DNA from: Planctomycetota bacterium
Lineage (GTDB): Bacteria; Planctomycetota; SZUA-567; H5-PLA8
DNA: 26,999 bases
Direction: 5' to 3'
Assembly: GCA_045863855.1 (NCBI GenBank)
Contig: BTVV01000080.1
Location: 1 to 26,999, forward strand
Under the pieces are notes generated by a model, which was not told the origin of the DNA, did not search any database, and saw nothing but the letters and a program-made list of their open reading frames with translations. The translations under genes and the position numbers were made by a program. Below, piece by piece: positions 15,615 through 23,338 of this stretch. Numbering within the stretch: the stretch's first letter is position 1; every line of letters begins with the position of its first letter.

Positions 15615-16550
15615 TTACCTCAGGTAATCGAGAAGACTGGTCTGCATGATGCGCGAGCCGACTTGCAGCGCCGCGCGATACGCCACGTCCAGTTCCGAAG
15701 CTTCTACCGCCGCTTCGGCCAGGTCGGTTTCGATCAACTGCGAGAGCTGCTTCTGAACCAACTCGAGGTGGTCTTCGTCGGTCAGCTCCGACTGATTCAT
15801 CCGCGACTGCAGCCCGCCCACGCGGGCCAGCCCCGTGGTCAGGTGCGTCAGCGCGTCTTTCAGTTCCGGAAGGGAGATGCCCGTCACGCTCGCCGAGTCG
15901 TTGGCCAGAAGGAAATCGCGCAACCGGATCGCCGTATCGAAAAGGTCGACGCCCGCGGCGGTATCGCGCAGCGCGCCGAAGTCGCCGCCGGCCTCGTTGG
16001 AGCCCAGCAGGTTGTAGGCCATCGCTCGGCCGGGTTCGACTTCCAGCGAACGGTCTTCCCCGTTGCCTTGGTAGGTGACGGCGGTGATCCGCCCCTGGGC
16101 ATCGCGCGTGGCCGTGAAAGCCGGCTGCCCCGTCTGGGTTCCGCTCAGGATCGTCCGCCCGCGGTAAGTCTGCGCGCCGACGTCGAGCATCCCTTCCAAA
16201 AGCTGGTCCACTTCCTGCGCGATGTTCGCGCGCTCGGCGGCGCCCAGCGTGACGTCGCCGGCGCGCACCGAAAGCTCGTCCATACGCTGCACGATCGAGA
16301 CGGCCTGATTCAGCGCGTTGTTTGTCTGTTCGGTCCAGGCCTGGCCTTCGTCGAGGTTGCGCAGATTCTGTTCCAGCGTCGACCGGGTGGTATGCATCAA
16401 GTGGCTGCGCGCGGCGTCGCCGGGCGCGTCGCTGGCATTTTGGATGCGAAGGCCCGACGCGATCTGCTGCTGGACCTTGATCTGGCGGGCCAGCAGGTCC
16501 TGGTAGCGCGGTACCAGGCCGCCGTAGCGCTGGGAGTCGGAGATTCTCAT
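15615..16550 (-). CDS. flgL: hook-associated protein 3 FlgL
   Basis: MRIS, QIASGLRIQNASDAP, GRTILSG, YQGN, YRAALQ...IMQTSLLDYLR. Confidence 0.95.
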   Translation of the reverse strand: MRISDSQRYGGLVPRYQDLLARQIKVQQQIASGLRIQNASDAPGDAARSHLMHTTRSTLEQNLRNLDEGQAWTEQTNNALNQAVSIVQRMDELSVRAGDVTLGAAERANIAQEVDQLLEGMLDVGAQTYRGRTILSGTQTGQPAFTATRDAQGRITAVTYQGNGEDRSLEVEPGRAMAYNLLGSNEAGGDFGALRDTAAGVDLFDTAIRLRDFLLANDSASVTGISLPELKDALTHLTTGLARVGGLQSRMNQSELTDEDHLELVQKQLSQLIETDLAEAAVEASELDVAYRAALQVGSRIMQTSLLDYLR

Positions 16551-16551
16551 G

Positions 16552-17931
16552 TTAGCGGCCCACGATGCCCATGCGGTTGATGATCATGTCCATCATTTCG
16601 TCCACGGTGGTGATCAACCGCGCCGAAGCTTCGTAGGCGCGCTGGAACGTAAGCAGATTCGAAAGTTCCTCGTCCATGTTCACGCCGCTTACGGCGCTGC
16701 GCCGTTCGGCCACCGAGGCGCGAATGCGCTCGAAATCCCCCAGCGTCTCCGTCGCGCGCTTGCTGCCCGAACCGAGGTCGAGCACCAGCGAGTTGAAGGC
16801 TTCGTTTAGCGTCATGGTCGGTGTTCCGCCGGGAATCACCTTGAGGTCGCGTAACTGAGCGATCGCCAGCGCCAGATCGTTGCCTCCGGGGGCGGCGGTC
16901 GTTGAGGCGGCGATCTGGGCCGGATTGGACGCCAGCGCCGGGTCGAGTCCGATCGTCGCCGCATCGGTTCCGGCGAAGAAGGCGCCCGCCGGATTGCCCT
17001 GGAGGTCGAAGCCCGCTGCGTGCCGCGAGTTGACTTCGGAAATCAGCGTCGCGGCCAGTTGATCGAGTTGCGCGCGCGTGCCGTCGACTTCCCCGAAACT
17101 CTCCGTGAAGCCCTGAAACGCACCCGAGGTGAACGCCAGCGGGTTCCCGCCCAGCTGCACCTCCATATGGTTTGTCCCGCCGTTCAGCACGGCGCTCAGC
17201 GCGAACGAGTTGACGCCCGAGACCAGCACGTCGCCGTTCACGTCGATGTCCAGCATCCCGTTGGGTTGTTCGACGACATGAACGTCGGTAAGCCTGGAAA
17301 GCTTCTCGACCAGCAGATCGCGCCGGTCACGCAGATCGTTGGCGTTCGCGCCGTTTAGTTCCGCGCGGGCGATCTCGCGGTTCAACTCGGCGATGGACTG
17401 CGTGTAGCCGTTGGCTTTGGCGACCGCCGCCGTGACCGTGGTATTCAAGCCGGTGTTCAGGTCGTCCAGGCGCCGCACGCCGCCGTGAAAGACATCGGCG
17501 ATGCGCTGGGACAGATCCAGCAGCGACTGGCGCGCGCCCATCTCTTCGGGGCCGCTGGTGAGATCCTGCCAGCCGTTCCAGAACGCATTGAGCGCCTCGC
17601 CCAGCGAGCCGTTGGTGGCATTGCCCAGCATCGTCTCCAGCGTGCCCAAGGTCTGGGCGTTTACTTCCCAACGCCCGACCTCGCTCGTCTCGCCGCGGAT
17701 CGTCGCGTCGAGTACCGACTCGCGCAGACGCACGATCGCATCGACCTGCACGCCTGTCCCGAAAATGTGCGGCTGGAGGAAGATCGGGTAGCTCGACGAA
17801 AGCTCCGCGCGCTGCCGCGTATAGCCTTCGGTGTTCGAGTTCGTGATGTTGTGCGAAGTGACGCCCATGGCGATCTGAAAGGTCTTCAAACCGCGGGTGC
17901 CGACCTCGAGCAGCGCGTTGGCGGTTAGCAC
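16552..17931 (-). CDS. flgK: hook-associated protein 1 FlgK
   Basis: SHNITNSNTEGYTRQR, GTGV, NDLRDRRD, SGVNMDEE, FQRAYEASAR. GTG start. Confidence 0.95.
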   Translation of the reverse strand: MLTANALLEVGTRGLKTFQIAMGVTSHNITNSNTEGYTRQRAELSSSYPIFLQPHIFGTGVQVDAIVRLRESVLDATIRGETSEVGRWEVNAQTLGTLETMLGNATNGSLGEALNAFWNGWQDLTSGPEEMGARQSLLDLSQRIADVFHGGVRRLDDLNTGLNTTVTAAVAKANGYTQSIAELNREIARAELNGANANDLRDRRDLLVEKLSRLTDVHVVEQPNGMLDIDVNGDVLVSGVNSFALSAVLNGGTNHMEVQLGGNPLAFTSGAFQGFTESFGEVDGTRAQLDQLAATLISEVNSRHAAGFDLQGNPAGAFFAGTDAATIGLDPALASNPAQIAASTTAAPGGNDLALAIAQLRDLKVIPGGTPTMTLNEAFNSLVLDLGSGSKRATETLGDFERIRASVAERRSAVSGVNMDEELSNLLTFQRAYEASARLITTVDEMMDMIINRMGIVGR

Positions 17932-17944
17932 GTGCGAAGCCCCT

Positions 17945-18313
17945 TTAGGCGGAAGTGCTCACGTGGGCGTGCATCGGAAGCGCCTGGCGGCGCCCTTCGG
18001 CGTCGTACTCGCTTTTGGGCAACAGCGCCCCCAGCGTGCCGTGCAAGGCGCGCAATCCGCCCCGGGAGAGCACTTGGTTGCGCTTATTCTGCTCGAGGAT
18101 CTCCAGCACCAAGTTACGCACCGCGGAGCGGTCGCTCATCTGGGCCAGCGCTTCTTCGTTGTGGGCCAGTTCGCCGATCAACTGGGCCTGGTTTTGCGCG
18201 TGGGTCAGGATCAGGTCGGCGTTGGCGCGGCTCAAGCCTTCCGTCAATCCGCGCGTCGCCTGAAGCAATCGGTTCAAGAGGTTCTGCACGGGGCACAAGG
18301 GAATCGTCTGCAT
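17945..18313 (-). CDS. flgN: FlgN-like export chaperone for FlgK/FlgL
   Basis: Helical 122-aa protein directly before flgK, with N..N..L and C-terminal Y...G motifs. SD AAGGAG. Confidence 0.65.
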   Translation of the reverse strand: MQTIPLCPVQNLLNRLLQATRGLTEGLSRANADLILTHAQNQAQLIGELAHNEEALAQMSDRSAVRNLVLEILEQNKRNQVLSRGGLRALHGTLGALLPKSEYDAEGRRQALPMHAHVSTSA

Positions 18314-18316
18314 GAG

Positions 18317-18622
18317 CTACTCCTTGCTGGGCGCCTCGGAAGAGGCGGACGTTTTTGCCGGGTCCAATTGCCGGACGATCAGTTCGGCCAGACCCAACGC
18401 GCCCCGTTCGGCGAGCTTGTCGGCCAGCGTTTCGTCCAGCATGTCGCGGTACATCCGGGAGGCCATGGAGCCTTCGATGAAGGTGCCCTCTTTCGAGCGC
18501 CCTTCTTTCAGAACTTGAGCCACCCAAAAGGCTTCGAAGTGCTGAGCGGCCTGCCGGAGGCGCGCTTGCGGCGCGGCTTCGGCAGGCTTCGCGGAGACGT
18601 TGGGTGTGGCGTTTACGTTCAT
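18317..18622 (-). CDS. flgJ: short FlgJ (rod-binding domain only, no muramidase)
   Basis: LRQAAQHFEAFW...LKE.R, MYRDMLDE.LA, GALGLAELIVRQL. Start at 18622 or 18643. Confidence 0.85.
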   Translation of the reverse strand: MNVNATPNVSAKPAEAAPQARLRQAAQHFEAFWVAQVLKEGRSKEGTFIEGSMASRMYRDMLDETLADKLAERGALGLAELIVRQLDPAKTSASSEAPSKE

Positions 18623-18659
18623 GGTTTCAACCGCCCCAGGCATCCTGACCCATGACTTG

Positions 18660-18678
18660 AAAGCAAACGTCCGACCAA
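18660..18678 (-). promoter_or_regulatory. internal sigma54 promoter upstream of flgJ
   Basis: TTGGTCGGACGTTTGCTTT (GG-N10-GC) in the short flgI-flgJ gap. Confidence 0.6.
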
Positions 18679-18683
18679 TGCCG

Positions 18684-19835
18684 CTACATGATCACCAGTT
18701 CGGCGTGCAGGGCCCCGGCATCCTTAAGCGCCTGGAAAATCGCGATGATGTCGCGCGGGGAGACCTTTAACGAATTCAGCGCCCGGGCCAGATCGCCCAG
18801 GGTCGGAGCGTGCTCCAGCACCAACACTCGTGCATCTTGCTCCGTGACCGTCGTGCTCTGGTCCGGCACCACGACCGTCTCGCCTTTCGAAAAGGGTTCG
18901 GGCTGCGAAACATTCAGCGTATTCTTGACGGTAATAAAAAGGCTCCCGTGGCTGACCGCCGTCGGCGCGATGCGCACATCCGCGCCCGCCACGATGGTCC
19001 CGGTGCGTTCGTTGATCACCACCTTGGCCGAGGTATCCGGCGTAATGCGGAGGTTCTCCAGTTCGGCTACGAACGCGACGAGCTGCCCCTGATTGGTTAC
19101 GCCGTTGGGGACGCGCACTTCCAGGCCGCTCAGATCGTTGGCGCTCGCCAGACCCGGCCACTTGACGTTGATCGCATCCACTGCTCGTTGCACGGTCGTG
19201 AAATCGGGCTGGCGCAAGCGCAGCCGCACGAAGCCTTCCCGAGCGATGAACGAAGGCACTTCGTTTTCGACGAACGCGCCGTTGGGAATGCGTCCCACCA
19301 GTGGATGGTTTTTCTGCACCGAAGCGCCGCCGCCGCCGCCGCTTCCGCCGCTGAAGCCACCGATCGAAAGCGCGCCTTGCGCGACCGCGTACACCCGACC
19401 GTCCGCGCCCACCAGCGGCGTCTGGATCAGGATGCCGCCTTGCAGGCTGCGCGCGTCGCCGACCGAACTGACCTGCACGTCGATGTGCGCGCCTTTCTTC
19501 ACGAACGGAGGAAGCTTGGCCGTCACCATCACCGCCGCGATGTTTTTGCTCTTCACGTCGTCGGCCGAAATCTTGACGCCGAAGCGCGTCGCGAAGTTCG
19601 CCAGCTCCTGGTTGGCCAGGTCGCTGCTTTTATCGCCGGTGCCGTCCAGGCCCACCACCAAGCCGTTGCCGACGAGCTGGTTCTCACGCACGCCTTGCAG
19701 ATCGGCCAGATCCTTGATCCGGATCTGGGCCGGCGCGAGGACGATCGCCGGCGTCGCGGCTTCGCCGGCCCAAAGTTCGGCCGCGGCCATGCTTACGAAT
19801 AGAACGCCCAGCAGCAGAATGGCATTGTCGCGCAT
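18684..19835 (-). CDS. flgI: flagellar P-ring protein FlgI
   Basis: RIKDL...GVRENQLVGNGLVVGLDGTGD, KNIAAVMVTA, VVINERTGTIV, AGALHAEL. Confidence 0.97.
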   Translation of the reverse strand: MRDNAILLLGVLFVSMAAAELWAGEAATPAIVLAPAQIRIKDLADLQGVRENQLVGNGLVVGLDGTGDKSSDLANQELANFATRFGVKISADDVKSKNIAAVMVTAKLPPFVKKGAHIDVQVSSVGDARSLQGGILIQTPLVGADGRVYAVAQGALSIGGFSGGSGGGGGASVQKNHPLVGRIPNGAFVENEVPSFIAREGFVRLRLRQPDFTTVQRAVDAINVKWPGLASANDLSGLEVRVPNGVTNQGQLVAFVAELENLRITPDTSAKVVINERTGTIVAGADVRIAPTAVSHGSLFITVKNTLNVSQPEPFSKGETVVVPDQSTTVTEQDARVLVLEHAPTLGDLARALNSLKVSPRDIIAIFQALKDAGALHAELVIM

Positions 19836-19862
19836 ATTCGAGCCTCCGTACGGCGGGGGGAT

Positions 19863-20525
19863 TTAAAAAAGGTTGATCCAGTCGAAGAGCCGCCCGACGA
19901 GCGTGCGCCGCTGTGCGTCGCTTAAGGGACCGCTTCCCGAAACGTTGATCCGCGCCTCGGCAATCTGCGACGAAAGCACGGTGTTGTTCGCCTGCACGTC
20001 TTCGGGGCGCACGATGCCCGTCAGCGTGATCACCTGCTGGTCACCGGCAATCAGCACCTTCTTCTGGCCCAGCACCACGAGATTCCCGTTGGGCAGCGTT
20101 TCGGTCACTTGCGCCGAAAGCGTCGCGCGGACCGAGCCCGTCTCCTTGATTGTCCCGCCGCCCTCGAAGTTCCGCGCGCTGCCGGCCTTGATGCTGGGCA
20201 ATTCCCCATTGCGCTTTAACAAGTCGGAATAGACGAATTTGTCGACGCTCGCGTCGACGGACTGCGTCCGTTCGGTCTTGGTCGAACGGTCGCGGGAAGC
20301 GTCCACTTCTTCGACGATCAGGACGGTCAGCACGTCGCCTTTACGGTGCGCGGTCGTGTCGGCCACGAGCCCGTGGCGGCCGCCGTCGGGCTGCCACAGG
20401 CTGCCGTCGACGACTTGGGGCGGCGCGATTTCCAGCCGCACCGGTTCCGGCGCGACTACGGCCGCCGGCTGGCGGCAGCCCGAGACAACGATCAGCAGCA
20501 GGACGATGGAAACCGCGCGCAGCAT
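19863..20525 (-). CDS. flgH: flagellar L-ring lipoprotein FlgH
   Basis: Lipobox VSGC, GSLW, GDVLTVLI, LPNGNL, GIVRPEDV, SSQIAEARI. Confidence 0.95.
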   Translation of the reverse strand: MLRAVSIVLLLIVVSGCRQPAAVVAPEPVRLEIAPPQVVDGSLWQPDGGRHGLVADTTAHRKGDVLTVLIVEEVDASRDRSTKTERTQSVDASVDKFVYSDLLKRNGELPSIKAGSARNFEGGGTIKETGSVRATLSAQVTETLPNGNLVVLGQKKVLIAGDQQVITLTGIVRPEDVQANNTVLSSQIAEARINVSGSGPLSDAQRRTLVGRLFDWINLF

Positions 20526-20544
20526 CTTTACTCTCCTCGAAGGA

Positions 20545-21504
20545 CTACAGACTGGCCTGGCCCGGTCCGGTCGTCCGCGCCAGGACTTCGTTCATGCTGT
20601 CCTGCAGGCGCAGCCGCACGGTCTCGCCCAACGCCGCGTCGCTGCGCGCCTCGGCGGAAGCCTTGATGGTCATCGAACCTCGTTCGACCAGCACGATCAC
20701 CCGGTCGCCCCGGCGAATCACCGCCGGACTCGCGAAAAAGCGCGGCTCCAGCACGCGCCCCGCCGCGAGGGCGAACTGCGCCTGCTTGCCGACGTAGTGC
20801 TCTTTCTCCAGTACCGCGGAAGGCGCGTTGCGGATCAGCTCGCGCATCTCGTAGACGAGGTCGGCATCGGTCACCAGCGCGCCGTCGGGGATCGCCCGAG
20901 CCGCCAGCGCCATGCGCTGGAAGACGCGCACGCGCAGGCCCACCGTCGCATCCTCGATCGGTAGCCCTTCGCGCAGCACGCGCACCCGCACGATTTTGCG
21001 CCCGTGCGGGAAACTCCCGCCGGGCAATTCCGCCTGCAAATCCACCGCGCCCGGACGCACCGTCACGTCGCCGGGCTTCGTCGTCACTTCGATCTCGGCC
21101 TGCAAGTCAGGGCGTTCGGCGAAGTACGCCTGAAGCGCTTCGACAGCCGTGGCCGCCAGTTCTGGGCCCGGGATGACTTGGGTGCGCGCCAGGACCGCCG
21201 TGCGCTCCTCGCCGGTCAGCGCCACCGCATCCCGCGCGAGTCCTGCGCCGTTCAGCGCCGCGTACAGGTCGTTGCGGTCGAAGGTCCGCTTCTGGCCCGG
21301 CGCCGGCGCGCGGCCGACGCTCAAACCGCGCATGCGCTTCAACAGCTCCGCATCGCCATCGAGGTCCGCGACTTCGTCGAGCCGCACGTCGTCGCCCGCC
21401 GAAACGCCCGCCGCTTTCTGAGCCAGCCGCAGCACCGCAGTCTCTTCGGCCGCCCAGCAACCGGCGCACAGTCCGGCGAGCAGCCAGATCGAAATCGCGC
21501 GCAT
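20545..21504 (-). CDS. flgA: P-ring assembly chaperone FlgA
   Basis: Signal peptide, SAF-like domain, C-terminal IRRGDRV...A.SDAALGETVR; lies between flgG and flgH. Confidence 0.88.
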   Translation of the reverse strand: MRAISIWLLAGLCAGCWAAEETAVLRLAQKAAGVSAGDDVRLDEVADLDGDAELLKRMRGLSVGRAPAPGQKRTFDRNDLYAALNGAGLARDAVALTGEERTAVLARTQVIPGPELAATAVEALQAYFAERPDLQAEIEVTTKPGDVTVRPGAVDLQAELPGGSFPHGRKIVRVRVLREGLPIEDATVGLRVRVFQRMALAARAIPDGALVTDADLVYEMRELIRNAPSAVLEKEHYVGKQAQFALAAGRVLEPRFFASPAVIRRGDRVIVLVERGSMTIKASAEARSDAALGETVRLRLQDSMNEVLARTTGPGQASL

Positions 21505-21509
21505 CGCCG

Positions 21510-22292
21510 TTATCTCCGGATGTTGTTGGCGGCCTGCAGCATCTCGTCGCTGGCCTGGATCGCCTTCGTGTTCACTTCGTACGCGCGCTGGGCGATGATC
21601 ATGTTGACCATCTCCTGCACGACTTCGACGTTCGACATTTCGAGGAAGCCCTGCTGCACCGTGCCTACGCCGTTGGAGCCGGGCGTGCCGGAGACCGCGT
21701 CGCCGCTCGCGCTCGAGGCCGTGAACAGGTTGTGCCCGACCGCCAGAAGGCCGGAAGGGTTGACGAAGGTGTACAGGTCAATCTGGCCTTTTTGCGTCGC
21801 CGAGCCGTTCACGATCTCGCTGATCGTGCCGTTGGGACTGATCGCCAGCGCCGTCGCGTTCGGATCCACCGCATCGAAGCCGTCGACCTTGTAGCCGTCG
21901 GACGTGACGATCTCTCCTTCGGAACTCACCTGGAACGAACCGTCCCGCGTGTACGCTTCGGTTCCGTCGGCCAGCGTGACTTTGAAAAAGCCGCGCCCTT
22001 CGATCATCACGTCCAGTTCGCGGCCGGTCTGTTGCGGCTTGCCCGCAGTGAAGATCTTGCCCACCGAGGACAACTGCGTGCCGAGGCCGATCTGGATGCC
22101 CACCGGGATACCCGAGCCGTCGTCGGAACTGGCGCCCGGCGAGCGCAGCCGGTCGTAGATCAGATCCTGGAACGCCGCCTGGCTGCGCTTGAAGCCCGCC
22201 GTATTGACGTTCGCCAGATTGTTGGCAATCACGTCAATGTTCATTTGCTGGGCGCGCATGCCCGTGGCCGAAGCCCACATCGCTCGAAGCAT
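21510..22292 (-). CDS. flgG: distal rod protein FlgG (260 aa)
   Basis: Start reassigned to ATG 22292 (SD AAGGAG). ANNLANVNTAGFK, FQDLIY, YTRDGSF, LEMSNVEVVQEMVNMI.AQRAYE. Confidence 0.97.
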   Translation of the reverse strand: MLRAMWASATGMRAQQMNIDVIANNLANVNTAGFKRSQAAFQDLIYDRLRSPGASSDDGSGIPVGIQIGLGTQLSSVGKIFTAGKPQQTGRELDVMIEGRGFFKVTLADGTEAYTRDGSFQVSSEGEIVTSDGYKVDGFDAVDPNATALAISPNGTISEIVNGSATQKGQIDLYTFVNPSGLLAVGHNLFTASSASGDAVSGTPGSNGVGTVQQGFLEMSNVEVVQEMVNMIIAQRAYEVNTKAIQASDEMLQAANNIRR

Positions 22293-22323
22293 CTGTACTC
22301 TCCTTGTACGTGCCCGTCCCGGG

Positions 22324-23058
22324 TTACGGGGCGAGGTTCTGGATGGCCGTGGAGAACAATCCGTCACCGATTTGCATGGCGCGCGTGGCAAGTTCGGTCA
22401 GCCGCGAGTTCTCCAGCATGGCGACCATTTCGTTCGGAAGATTGACGTTCGATCGCTCCAGCGTGCCCGTCAGCACGTCGGGCTTCGAGGCGTCGGTCAT
22501 ACGGTCGGGATCGGTCGCCGCGAACGCGCTTCCGCTGGTCGGGACCAGCACGCCGAGTTCCTTGGGAATCTCGATCCGCAGCTTCCCTACCTTCTGGTTG
22601 TTGACAAAAAGCGTGCCGTTCTCGGAAACCGTGATCTCGCCTTCCGGCAGCGTCAGCGTGCCTTCTTCACCCAGCACCGGGAAACCGTCGGAAGTTCGCA
22701 GAATGCGGTCTTCCCCTCGATCGAAGTGCCCGTTGCGCGTGTAGCGCACACCGCCGGGCGTCTCGACGGCAAAGTAACCCTCGCCGCGCATCGCCAGGTC
22801 CAGATTCCGCGCCGTGACTGTCAGTTCGCCGGCACTGGGATCCCAGACGCCGTCCACCATGCTCATGCCCATCTGCCGGGGCGTGTTCGGTTGCAGCGTA
22901 TTCAGCGTTTCCTGAAAGGTACTGCCTTCGCCGGCGAAGATCGGCACATGCCGGCGATAGCCCAGGATTTCCGACGACGCCAGGTTGCGGCTCAACACTT
23001 CTTGTGCGTTGAACCGCGCTCCTAATGCGTTGCTGAGCGTGTACAGGCCGGGTGTCAT
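22324..23058 (-). CDS. flgF: proximal rod protein FlgF
   Basis: GLY, NLA...GY, LDLAMRGEGYF, YTRNGHF, LERSNVN; directly upstream of flgG. Confidence 0.88.
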   Translation of the reverse strand: MTPGLYTLSNALGARFNAQEVLSRNLASSEILGYRRHVPIFAGEGSTFQETLNTLQPNTPRQMGMSMVDGVWDPSAGELTVTARNLDLAMRGEGYFAVETPGGVRYTRNGHFDRGEDRILRTSDGFPVLGEEGTLTLPEGEITVSENGTLFVNNQKVGKLRIEIPKELGVLVPTSGSAFAATDPDRMTDASKPDVLTGTLERSNVNLPNEMVAMLENSRLTELATRAMQIGDGLFSTAIQNLAP

Positions 23059-23088
23059 GTCCGAGTCCTCCCCTTCGTGCCGGACGTA

Positions 23089-23107
23089 AAAGCAAGGGGC
23101 GGACCGA
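23089..23107 (-). promoter_or_regulatory. sigma54 promoter of the flgF operon
   Basis: TCGGTCCGCCCCTTGCTTT (GG-N10-GC), 30 nt upstream of flgF, with an AT-rich tract at 23135-23165. Confidence 0.65.
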
Positions 23108-23280
23108 ACGGTCCGGCAATCTCGGCAGATTCCCGTAAGGCTTTATAGACAAAATAGAAGAATCTTTGAGCGGGCGCGGGAGCCGACTGCAAAAAGCGCC
23201 CGAATCGGAAATTCCTGCCAGCCGCGGCTGCCGGGCTCCATGCTTCGCAACGCCCGGCTCGCGCATGTCCTGGCTTCGAT

Positions 23281-23310
23281 TTGACAGCCTCGCTTGCGCC
23301 GACCTAGAAT
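23281..23310 (+). promoter_or_regulatory. sigma70-type promoter of the plus-strand hybrid kinase
   Basis: TTGACA-N18-TAGAAT. Implies the start is ATG 23339, not TTG 23294. Confidence 0.7.
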
Positions 23311-23338
23311 TGGTTGCAAAGACCTTCTAACGCCGCGC

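Noticed and set aside
18317..18622. FlgJ lacking a muramidase domain as a possible pseudogene or novelty
   Set aside because: Single-domain FlgJ is widespread and well described outside beta- and gammaproteobacteria.
19321..19360. GCC repeat run as a contingency or phase-variation locus
   Set aside because: It encodes the Gly-rich loop normal in FlgI, is in frame and is interrupted.
1492..23025. Many long plus-strand ORFs antisense to the flagellar genes (e.g. 4400-5620, 15198-16580, 18810-19802)
   Set aside because: Shadow ORFs expected from high-GC codon bias; they fully overlap well-supported minus-strand genes.
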